A DNA stretch of 59,183 nt, filler included, from Jimgerdemannia flammicorona (lineage: Eukaryota), in the NCBI GenBank assembly GCA_003990765.1. It is 3 parts of 3 records of this genome, joined end to end, with 100 filler letters (N's around TTAATTAATTAA, not from the genome) between each part and the next. Parts side by side here need not be neighbours in the genome. Positions count along the whole stretch, not along the records: positions 19,762 to 39,422 come from RBNJ01001883.1; positions 39,523 to 59,183 come from RBNJ01001884.1; 1 more part is not named here. One strand, 5' to 3'. The position numbers were made by a program, and so were the translations under genes. Shown here one piece after another: positions 37,897-48,600 of the stretch. The first letter of the stretch is position 1, and each line of letters opens with the position of its first letter. Below the pieces are notes generated by a model. It did not search any database, was not told the DNA's origin, and saw only the letters and a list, made by a program, of their open reading frames with translations.

Positions 37897-37991
37897 CAAG
37901 CCACTGAAATTACACGTCACCCTCTGAACAAGCCACTGAAATTACACGTCACCCTCTGAACAAGCCACTGAAATCACACGCGACCTCTGAA
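37897..37991 (+). repeat. Three tandem ~32-bp repeats at LTR start (U3 enhancer-like)
   Basis: CAAGCCACTGAAATTACACGTCACCCTCTGAA at 37897 and 37929, variant at 37961. Confidence 0.9.
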
Positions 37992-38199
37992 CAAATCTGG
38001 AAATCACCTGCTTGATCACGAAGCTGAGTCAAACCAAAGTCACAGTGCACAAAGCTGAGTCAATACGAAGTCACGGAACACAAGATCTACACAAACGGAA
38101 CCTTACCAATCAGGACCAAATGCATATATACTGAGCACCGAGACGCGTCGAATCAGAGAACCAAAACAAACAACAACCACAACTTCCAAACACACAAAT

Positions 38200-39297
38200 A
38201 TGACCACTGAGATCTACAACCGCATCCGCGCTGACATTTGGAATGCCATTGTCAATCGAGCCACACCCCCTCTGCCCCTCATGAATATCCATAGCCTGGC
38301 CCCCCTCTACTTTGTGGAAGCCCGATGGAATGCCCTGAACATGCTTAGCGAGGCCCACCAAATCGGACAAATCTCAAGCTACTACCAGATCAGCCGCCTC
38401 CTGGAAGACATGGTCGAACACCACCACAATACAGACATGACCCAGATGTCTCAACACTAGAAGCTCATCACCCGCAAACATCAAGAACTCTTCTACGAGT
38501 ACAACACCTTTATTCCCCACCTCCGAGTTACTACTAGCGAAATGGTTGCTACCCTGTCCTATAGCCAAATCGATGACATGATATAAGAAATCAACCACAA
38601 GTACCTCGAGTATGTTGAAACCACAGACAGAACCTTCCCGCACCCTGATGACCACATCCTGCAAATGCCTCAAGTCGGATATGCCATGAAGGACATCTAT
38701 GATATAATCCACTTCGATGAAGACGAAGCAGAAGACAATGATCCCTCCGACGCCGACATGACCTCTAGCCAAGGATCTCTGCCAACCCTGATCACTCCGC
38801 CAATCTTGCCAATGAACTTACAACAGTTCATAACTGTATACAAGACTTATTGGGACAATGACCACTGGCACGAATACCAATCTGTGTTCACCCCCGATTA
38901 CTTCAACTACAATGAAGAGACCGGAGAACACAACCTGTACCTCCAGACAACTCTCGAGATTGAACCAACCACTCCACCACCCGAGTACGAGCGACTTGAA
39001 TCACAGCTGCCAGCTTACTACAACCCCGCGACTCATAGTGCTGTAACCTATAGAAGGTACGCAGATAGTGAATCCGATGAAAGCGAAGACAATACACCCA
39101 TCCTTCGCCCACCAACACCTTATCCAGCATACGAGACAGATGATGCTATCCTGTGGGATGGTGACGAAGTCCCAATGTATTACTACCTCAGCCAACAAGG
39201 AGAAGTAATCCGCGAACCATTATTCCTAGACGACTACTTCATCAGAGATGATGCAATCGATGGTGATGTCATCGAGGAATACCCAGACAGTGCCTAA
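38200..39297 (+). pseudogene. LTR(U3)-embedded accessory ORF, 365 codons, near-intact; product unknown
   Basis: ATG 38200 to TAA 39295-39297 in one frame; only two stops (CAG>TAG 38458, CAA>TAA 38584), both Gln in the 18745-19661 copy. Confidence 0.88.
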
Positions 39298-39422
39298 ACC
39301 TATAAATAGTCTAGCAGTCATAGTATAGATAGATTAGCCTTGTACGACGTGACTGTGAACTGACTCAGCAGTCAGACGATCTCTTGACATGTCAGATCAC
39401 ACTTGTACTACGTGACTGCATT

Positions 39423-39522
39423 NNNNNNNNNNNNNNNNNNNNNNNNNNNNNNNNNNNNNNNNNNNNTTAATTAATTAANNNNNNNNNNNNNNNNNNNNNN
39501 NNNNNNNNNNNNNNNNNNNNNN
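39423..39522. other. Artificial contig linker (N44-TTAATTAATTAA-N44)
   Basis: Identical to the linker at 19662-19761. Confidence 0.97.
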
Positions 39523-41150
39523 TTTTTTTTTTTGTCATTGGTTATCTCAACTAAGCAAATGGGACAATAAATTCGGAACGTGGATTCGCCTCACAATTTT
39601 CACTAACATGCGCACTTGCCACTCTCGATCTTCATACACATTCTTGCCTTCCTCATCGACAGACCAAATACGCTCGGCTGACCATCTCCGAAAAACCACA
39701 TGCCGAAAACGTCTCACCGCGTTTGTTCCACAATCCAATTCCTACACAACCCCGAGCTGGTATTGGCCGACCCCGACCAACATCTTCGTACCTGGTGCAC
39801 CAATTTTTTTTCAACAAACGTGCCTGCCATGCAAACGTACCAAATTGACCACGCTGATTAAGGTGTCATTTTTCTATGAAGTGTATATGATGTGGAGATT
39901 GGTCTCGTTGTCAAAGTGGTGCATTCCGAACGCTGGTGTAAGAAAGAAACGGGTACGTAGTGCACGAAACGCAACGTGTAATCCATCGTAGGCTTACTCA
40001 TGCCGCGTATATTATGTGTGTCGAAACAAACAACCCTTCCCTCAAGTGGACTTTTAGGGACGATAGAGATCCCATATAGTAACTTTACAACCATGAGTAC
40101 ATGCATCAAACGTCATGTGGTAGCTGATTGCTAATGCCAATTAAAAGAATACGCCCATCACTGATGAGATTTCAAAACCATGAGGACAATAATTGATTTC
40201 GCCAAAGTAAGGTTACTATTTTCTATCTCCTATGCTCGCTACTTTCCAGAACCTCATGGTCATTCCTTTTTCCCACCGCGCTGCCATCACTTAACGTATC
40301 AGCGCATCAACATGAAATTGCTCCCCTGTTACCGGCTTCGTATGAATCCATAGAATAAATATTTCGTCTCCGTTCACCGGGGTTAAAGTTCGACTTAGCG
40401 CGACGTCACATGTACACATGTAACTGTTCTGAAGTTTGTATGCATGTTGTGTAAAATCGAAAATGGACCGACCAAGTTTCCGGTTGAACATGGTATTGAA
40501 TTGAAAGTATGCGGTTGTGGGAAAGGTACACGCATGAAGGATGGAGCAAGTTCGTGTAAGCCGAGGCTCTGCAATATTTTATTTTATTTTTCCCCTTCCG
40601 ACAGTAAGTACGAAACACGTGTAAAAAACGAGGTTCCAAATGATAGAGACGGGAGAAAGGCATTTTCCCACGCCACAGGAATATGCCCACCCTGTCTCAA
40701 CCATTGCGGTGTAACATTCATTATTCCAATGAGACGTAGCCGATTTTTGCTATTTAGTGCTAAGCGAAGCTTACCAATCAATACCGAGCCACAATTACTT
40801 TTGAATGAGGCTGTGACATTGTCGTCGGGCTGTGGGTGTAGAAGTTCCGATTCGGGCCTGCGTTGTAGACAGTCGCAACGGACTGGCTTGGCCATGTCGG
40901 GGGATTCTTTCTCCAGGATACACTGTAAGTATGCAGGGTGTGTTTACTGGACTCGTCCAGGACCTCCGGGATTTAGATGGCCCGACCGACGCATTCCAAA
41001 ATCGCCCCGTTGTGACATACATCAAAAATTAAAAAAAAAAAATCCCAAAAGTGTCCTTGGTACGCCAGGCGATCATAATATTTGCCGAGCACCAGTGGTC
41101 GATCGTATGTTCAACTATTGGTTCATAATTTCAGGGGTTGATTAGGAAAT

Positions 41151-41407
41151 TAGATCTCCGCAAACAGACCCGATCCGGAGTTTAGACCCAGTCCGTCAAA
41201 CGTTCATATCCCGACGAAATGGCGCCCGAATTTAATGATCATTAGCTCGTTGTATCCGCCTTGCAAGGGGAATATAACAAGTTGCGGGCCAATAAATTTG
41301 GACGTCATTTAATCGAGATACAATGCGTTTGACAGGCCGGGTCTAAACTCGGGTCTGGATAATCTTTTCCTGGGTCCAGTCGGGTCGGATCTGTTTGCGG
41401 AGCTCTA
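41151..41407. mobile_element. hAT-type MITE (257 bp)
   Basis: TIRs TAGATCTCCGCAAACAGACCCGA / TCGGATCTGTTTGCGGAGCTCTA; inner inverted block GAGTTTAGACCC...GTCAAACG; flanks TAGGAAAT/ATGGAAAT (6/8 TSD match). Confidence 0.82.
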
Positions 41408-42253
41408 ATGGAAATAGACTTCATTCCACGTTGATAAAATATCTTGTAAAGCGCAGTGTCTGAGCCTCGTTCATTGGACACGCTCTATATCTGAATTAGG
41501 ATGTGGACCGATTTTGGCCTCTATTCACCATGTGACACCATCGTCCACGCTGTTTTTACTTTAAACCCTTCCGGAGCTGGGCCAAGAACGCTTACCATAA
41601 ATATTTTCTCCCGCGTCGACCACGAGGGAACGCTCGTTTCGGGTATTACATAAATGATGACCTAAATTTACTAAATTTGGCGAGGCCCTGCACTTTATCA
41701 CTCGTTAGCAATATTATATGGTTCAGGTAAACGAGTTTCACCAACAACCGAATAAGAAATATCCGCGTACTCCGCGAAGAGAATTGCCTTTGATTTTTTT
41801 CCTTTTTTTTATTTTTTCATGGGCTAGGGCGACCAAAGAATCTACGAGTTGTATCCGCGCTTCTGCCATCTAGATGTTTACCCATGCCACCCCTCTCCTC
41901 ACTTCACCCTTTCACCCCCTGAGAGCGACGACCACCAATATTCCAACCACGCTGCTTTCCCACCCCTACCCCGACTTCCGGGGTTGACGTGACCAACGCT
42001 ATAAGCAAATGCCGATCCTAAATAAGGTTCTCCAATGCGCTTTCTAAGTGAACCCAGTTCTCCAGACTTTTTGGTCTCGTGGTTTTATTTTATTTTCCTA
42101 TCTTTACACCAAATTTTAATTGTTTGTCGCATACAGTCTACGTCATAGGAGTTCCAACCATATAAACACTTTCCCAGTCTGATTGAAACAACTTAAAATC
42201 AAACTCAAATCCATCCATTGTATATCGTAGCCCAATCTTTCAGCCAATCCGAT

Positions 42254-42613
42254 ATTGGCAACATATTCTCCCGCCGTCGTGTCTCAAAACGTCGGTCCCG
42301 CGCACCTCCTGAAGATGAAGTAACCCGTCTTAGCTCTATGATGGAGGTGTACGGTGTATTCATTATACGCTTCATCCAAATGATCCACGACCGCATCTTG
42401 GTGAAGAATCGTAAACGCTAGGGCAGCTTTGTGGTGTTCGATTTATGGTTCCCGAACTCCGAGCCGGAGAGACTAGTGGCGACCACGGCAAAAGGCCCAG
42501 CGGATAGTAAGAATCGAAAGGAGATGTTGAAGAAACTCAAACCCGTGGAGTGCAGCGCCTGGAATCGCCTTTCACAATTAATAACATTCGCATTTACAGG
42601 ACGGCGAATCTAA
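42254..42613 (+). pseudogene. Small unknown ORF, copy 1 (start codon lost, one in-frame TAG, 3' end replaced)
   Basis: IGNIFSRRRVSKRR...PPEDEV...VYGVFIIRFIQMIHD...PERLVATTAKGPADSKNRKEMLKKLK; inverted homolog at 42958-43366; TATAAA at ~42161. Confidence 0.55.
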
Positions 42614-42729
42614 AACCACACCACGTGACTTATTTTCTGTTGCAATACCAAAATTTAACTAGATACACACTAGGCTAGAACCTTAATCAAGCTACCATTT
42701 GCCCTGTGAGACTGCAACAAACTCTGCTG

Positions 42730-42731
<2 letters not shown>

Positions 42732-42764
<33 letters not shown>

Positions 42765-42766
42765 CA

Positions 42767-42807
<41 letters not shown>
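42732..42807 (-). repeat. Long poly(A) tract on the minus strand (tail-like)
   Basis: Two T runs split by CACC; AATAAA on minus strand at ~42862-42867. Confidence 0.8.
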
Positions 42808-42811
<4 letters not shown>

Positions 42812-42957
42812 CACTTCGATTGAGTTTTGAGTTTATATTTTCATATTTCTTGAAGGAAAGGTTTATTATGCCAGAACTTAAAAATCCTGAAGGGGAGGCT
42901 AACTGGCTTTTTTTTTATTATTATTTCATTTGAGATATCTTTTAAAAAACTCCCATT

Positions 42958-43366
42958 TCAATTTTCTTCCATCATCTCAATCGTCGTTAGTTCCAACTTG
43001 AATCTTTCGAACTCCGCTTCGGTCACGTCAAAGCGCTCATCAACGAGACCCCAAAAAATTGTCCAGTTCAGGCGATTACATTCTCTGGACTCTACGGACT
43101 TGAGTTTCTTCAATATCTCCTTTCGATTCTTACTGTCCGCGGGATCTTTTGCCGTCGCCGCCACCAGCCTCTCCGGCTTCGAGTTCGAGAAACCTGCCCC
43201 GACGTTTTTGTTTCTTCAGCTGGACATTGTCGTGGATTATCTGGATAAAGCGCACAATGAACACACCGTACACCCCCATTATAGGGTGAATGCGGGATAC
43301 TTTATCTTCAGGGGGTTCGCAGAATCAACGTTTTGAGGCACGACGGCGAGAAAATGTGTTGCCCAT
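42958..43366 (-). pseudogene. Small unknown ORF, copy 2 (starts MGNTFSRRRASKR; stop and frameshifts)
   Basis: Homologous to 42254-42613; TATA-like box ~75 nt upstream; 3' UTR with AATAAA and poly(A). Confidence 0.55.
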
Positions 43367-44619
43367 GTTGGATTTGCTGAAAGGACAGGGTTAAGTGTAA
43401 AATGATGGATTCAAGTTGTTTCAGACTAGACTGGAAGGGTTTATATAGTTGGACATTTTTAGTCTGTGAATCCTTGAATGATCCTCTAGATTCAAAACTA
43501 TGAATAGGGTAACCTTTATTTGCGGGGACAACCCCCAATTTTACAAAATATATTAAAATATATTATTCATGCAATTCACTGGACCCCAAGTTCAAGTACA
43601 CAAAATGGTTGAATGGGATCGATTACCTTGAGAAATATTGCGAATGATCTTCGTATTGCTTGATGAACTTCACTGCTGTGCAATCAATTATTATCACAAG
43701 CAACCAGAGATATGTGCTTGTTCCTTGTTTCAAGCACTTGGTGTGTAAAGCACATGGGTATTTGACTACAGAATTTTCACTAGACCAAACACGACTATTA
43801 GGAAAGAAACCCGAATCTAGTGTTGAAGGCATCATAAACAGCTTGCAATCTAAGGCTATTATCCAAGATAGATGAATACAAAATTCACGTCGCTGTTAGG
43901 CCAAGCACACCATTTTCCAATATTTGCCAGACTGTCTGCCCACAATAAATAATGTAAATAAAATCAGATGGTTTATTCGCTTCCATGTATTAGTTATACA
44001 TAACTATGTTCCCTACATAAATATCCACCGTGCTAGACAATTCTAAAGCATTCAAGCAAATGCCAGTAGACATGTCAATATTTTGGATATATTGTAATGT
44101 AGTGGACATGTAACTGTGGAAGTATGTCAGATTTCTGTATCTTGGAAACTTGATCTTCTTTGACTCTGCAGAGTTCTCAGGATGTAGAGGTGGGTGAGTT
44201 CAAAGTGTATCTGCCCACAGGCTTACTAGTTCCTTTACTTTCTCTTTGTTTTGGACTATTTCAATCTGAGGTTTATTCACTCTAGATACTGAGGTATTTA
44301 TACAAGTTTGCTAGCTATAAGATGGCTAAGTTATGACTATGTTTTCTGTGAATCACTTTTTATAAGTGTTTAATCTTTTAACATCTACTAGAACTTTGAT
44401 TATTGCTAAAAGTTTAACATCTGCAAAATCTTCAATATCTGCAAAGAGTTTAACATTTGTGAAAACTTTAACAGTTGTAGAATAATAATGACTACTATTT
44501 ATAAGACTATACTATATCAGAAATTGGATTCAGATACTATGATCAAATATTTAATTCCCCTGATTTAGGTTCCTAATTCAGATCAACCATCACAACTTCT
44601 TCCTGAATAGGTGATTTAT

Positions 44620-45110
44620 TCCTGAAATATTCTATTCAAACTCCCAAGCTTTTATGATTTATATCTTCTTATACTATATAATTTGTATCATTATATACTC
44701 TCAGTGGTATGTATCTCTTGATATATCCAAAGTTTCCTGGGACTACTCTATGAAGATGGGCTGGAGCTGGCTCATTATCTTTGAATATCTTGTTGACTTA
44801 TTTGGTAATTGTGATCTGAGCATAAGAGAGCTGACACTCTCTAATCCAGTCTTCTTTTCCTATATCTTGCCCCAAGTTTAGTAGCTATTCCAACTTGAAG
44901 TATTCTTGAAACTCAGTTCAGTTCTAGTATACTTTAAAGTGTGAGATTTGTGACAAGTGTGTCTGGACTATACTCTATATACTGTCAAAGGATTCTTCTA
45001 TAGTTGGTGGCTCAATAGTGCACCATTGTCTTTCTATGGCTTACTATATAGTATCAATAATCTTGAGGGCTGTGGCAGTACTCTATTGATTGGCCATAAT
45101 ACTTCTTGAG
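44620..45110 (-). pseudogene. Family B post-integrase accessory ORF
   Basis: QEYFKLE*LLN...ITITK*VNKIFKDNEPAPAHLHRV; second copy ~26880-27075 reads KYFKLE...ITKRIYRLFKDNE; boundaries approximate. Confidence 0.6.
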
Positions 45111-45119
45111 TCAGTTTTA

Positions 45120-48100
45120 GTAAATGATTGTATCTGAGAGTTTTCATAGCCAAAAGATAGTTCCTTTTATATCTTGCACCAGATAAGGTTTTCATGACCA
45201 TGAAGCTTCTACCATATTCCAATATACCAGAACTTTGTCTCCTATCTTGATAATCTCTAGGGGCTTGTAAATCTTTTCCATATTATTCCATTATAGTGTC
45301 TGTATCTTGGTTATGTAATTCTTGGCCTTCTTTCTGATTTAGTATAGTCTTCATATCTCTATGTCTATATGTTTCCATACAGTATCTCTATTAGATGATA
45401 GAGTTCCTTTGAGAACTTTCTTCTCTGAACAGCATCTCTCAAGGGATGAAATAAGTACTTTGTGATCAGATATCCTGAAGAGCAGATAATGCTATTGATT
45501 AATAGTAATCCCAATTTTCATAGTTATCACAGTTCTTAGTAATGATATTCTTGAGAGTCTCATTGGTCCTTTCTACTTGTTCATTTCCTTAAGAGTGGTA
45601 TACTGTAGTCTAAATGTACTGGATCTTGTTTCTGTTTCTGACATTTGTCACAGATCTTGATAAATTGTCTGATTTCTTCCTTTATTTCTAACTACTATAT
45701 TGTTCTTCTTGCTTTATCATATGTGTTTGTTCCTCTTAGATAGCCAAGTTCATGTACTGATTTCATTGCTTACTCCTTCTTATATTTGGATATGACTAGT
45801 AGTTTTCCTTTCTTTAATGTTTCTCTATCAGTCTTGAATTATTTCTATGTTCTGTTGATAATTATTTGTGTCCATTCTTTCAGATATTGGGGCATCTTTC
45901 ACTGTCTCAGATAGGTGATGATTCCATAGTAGAGCTCCTTATTCATAATTGATTTGCTGGTTAGAGGTCCTTTGGAGTATCTGTGAGAGGGCATCTATAT
46001 TGACATTGATTCTTCCTAGATAGTACACAATAGTTATATCATAGGCTTGCAATATTATGATCCATCTAACATAGATTCCTTTGGATTGCCTGGTGGTCAG
46101 TAGTCAAGTGAGGGCTAAGTGGTTCATCTGAATAGTGAAGTATCTTTCTACTAGATAGTAGTGAAACTTCTCTATAGCCTAGATGACTGTAAGACATTCT
46201 AACTTATAGGATTTATACTCTTTTTTAGCTTCTCAGGTTCCTTGGCTGAGATATACAATGATATATTCTACCTTGTCTTTCTTCTGGACCAGGACTGCTC
46301 CTAGTCCTTGAGTACTTACATCTGTCTGCAGGATGATTTCTTAAGTCCAATTGGGTCTTCTGAGGATAGGTACCTGGGTCAGTCTGACCTTAAGTTCATC
46401 AAATATTTTATTGTCTGCCAGTCTATTGGAACTTGATATTCTTTTTGTTGTGTTTGTAAATTGGGCCTGTGATATTAGAGAATCCTCTAATAAATCTTTA
46501 GTAGTAGGAGGCAAGTCCTATAAAGGCTTGGGCTTCAGGAACTGTAGTGGGCCTTGGGTATAACTACTGCTTGAATCTTGAGGGAGTCTGTGTGTATTCC
46601 ATCTCAATTGATAACATGGCTAAGATAAAAGATCTTGATTTCTACAAACTTGTACTTTTTGGACTTGATGTAAAGACTATGCTGTCTTAGCTTCTCTATT
46701 ATCTACTAGATGTGCTGTAGATATTCTTCAGCTGTCTTGCTGCAGATAATAACATCATCCACATAAACCATTATCTATCTTCTCATATCATAGTGGAAGA
46801 TTTTGTTCATCATTCACTGAAAGCTTGCAGGGGTATTGCACATTCTGAATAGTATTCACAGATAGATATAAGTTCTATCTGGGGTGATGAAGGCTCACTT
46901 TTCACTTGCTACTTCAGTGAGGCTGATTTGGTAGAATTCTGAGTATAAGTCCAAGATGCTGTAGTATTATGCTTCATCTTCCAAGGTTAAAAGGATGTCA
47001 CTGATGAGGGGTAATAGTTGGTGATCTTTCTTGGTAATCAGGTTGAGCTTCCTGTAATTAGTGCAGAGTCTTGGGGTGAATTCTCCTGGCTTGCTTTCTT
47101 TTTTTAGGGCTAGTACAATTGGTAAAGCCCAGGGGCTGCTGACTTCTTTAATGATACTGACTTCTTCCATCTGTTTGATTTCTTCTCTGAGCCATTCATA
47201 GTAGGCTAGTGATATTGGTCTTGTGTTTTGATAGACTGGTTCTATGTCTTCTATGTCTATATCATAATAGTAGTGTGGGATCTTTCCTTTGATATCCTTG
47301 AAATCCATAGCTAGAACATCCTCAAATTTATAGAGTATCTTCTTAAGTTCCTTCTTGAGTAGGAATTCATTTTCAATAGTATAGCTATACTTGTTCACAG
47401 TTTTCTCCTTTTTGTGATCCAGTTCAGTGATCTTGGTACTGGCAAATACTCCTCTTCCTATGGATCTGAATTCTTTCCTTTCTCTTTCCATTTCCTCCAA
47501 CTTCTTGACTTCTATAATCCTTGGCTGAAGAACTGAGAAGATCAATATCTGTACTAGTTAGTCCTTCTTCTTGATTGGAAATGGAATCATAGGATTGTAG
47601 TTTCTAGCAATAAGTAGTATTTCTCCAATATAATCTAAATCAATAACTTCTCCTTTAATTGTGATTTCACTTCTAGTCAGGCTGCTTCTTGTCTTGAGGA
47701 TTCTGATATAGTCCTTTGGAATGGTTATTTCCAGATTAGTTACAAGTAGGGTGGTTGTCTGGGGCTCTAGTATAGTTTCTTCTACTGTGACAATATCTAT
47801 TCTAGCTGCATTCTCTGACTTATATTCTGGTAAAACTACATCAGAGTGGATCCTCTGAATCTTGACCTTGATTTCTTCTTCATCATCACTGTTCTCTAGG
47901 AGGGCTGGTGGTTCATCATCCTTTTCCTCCTCCTCCTCTTCTCTTGTCTGCTTTTCAAGAGCCTTTTGTCTTCTTTTCTGGTAGATCTTTCTGATGTCAA
48001 TACTATATTGATAACAGTCATTGATGTACTTACTACAGTATATCTTGATTCCATAGAGGCAGACTCCTTGTGGTATATATCCTTTTGCAATCTTCTTGCA

Positions 48101-48600
48101 CTAGTCTCCTTCACTGATCTATCTGACTTTCTTCTTCTTTTTCTCAGTAGTCACCATATAGGCTTCTTCTTGCTCACTTTCTTCTTTCTCTATCTCAGGC
48201 AGCACTCCTTTGTTGACATTAATGAGAATTCATATCTTCTGGTCTCAGTAGATGATCTGCATCTTCTGGGCATTCAGATCAATTATTGCCTTAGCTTTAT
48301 GAAGCCACTGATTGCTGATGAGAATATTGTAATTAGTGGCATTGATCACAATCACATCTACTGAAATAGTTGCTCTCCCAAACTTGATGGAAACATCTCA
48401 GATATTTCTCAGAGATGTGGCTCTTATTCTATCTACTGTGACAAACACTAGCTTGATTGCATCTTCAACCTCCCAATCTAGACAGTCTACTGCTTTCTTA
48501 CTGAGAAGACATCCTTCTGCTCTTGTGTCAATGATGGCCTCAAAGATTCTATCTTCAATCTGACAGATTGTATAGATAGAGGTCTTGCAATTGTCTTTAC
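45120..48600 (-). pseudogene. pol: Family B pol remnant (PR, dUTPase, RT, RNase H, integrase with core deletion near 45630)
   Basis: ORF-track 46967-47545 (RT N-terminal part); CDKCQK zinc finger is joined directly to the YHS*GNEQVER region. Confidence 0.88.
47456..47880 (-). pseudogene. dut: Trimeric dUTPase domain between protease and RT (family B)
   Basis: AA(R<G)IDI, TRSSL, EVIDLDYIG, LVQI, ERERKEFRSIG (G>A-decayed RGxxGFGSTG). Confidence 0.85.

Larger units (their letters stand above)
37880..39422 (+). repeat. Young family A LTR, cut by contig end
   Basis: Begins TGTAAGCGCACAACC; homologous to 6946 and 15542; CpGs retained. Confidence 0.93.

Noticed and set aside
37897..37991. 32-bp repeats as a CRISPR array
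   Set aside because: Head-to-tail with no spacers, inside an LTR, no cas genes, eukaryotic context
38200..39297. LTR ORF as an env gene
   Set aside because: No evident signal peptide, transmembrane anchor or furin site; acidic and hydrophilic
18068..39422. LTRs at 18068(-) and 37880(+) as ends of one element or a large inverted repeat
   Set aside because: Opposite orientation and on different linker-separated segments
40444..41145. 233-aa ORF as a host gene
   Set aside because: Non-ATG start, no recognisable motif, crosses an A-run; consistent with a chance ORF
41561..41575. TTAAACCCTT as a piggyBac terminus
   Set aside because: No matching inverted end with a TTAA duplication found
42706..42933. 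Poly-Phe ORF
   Set aside because: Translation of the poly(T) tract
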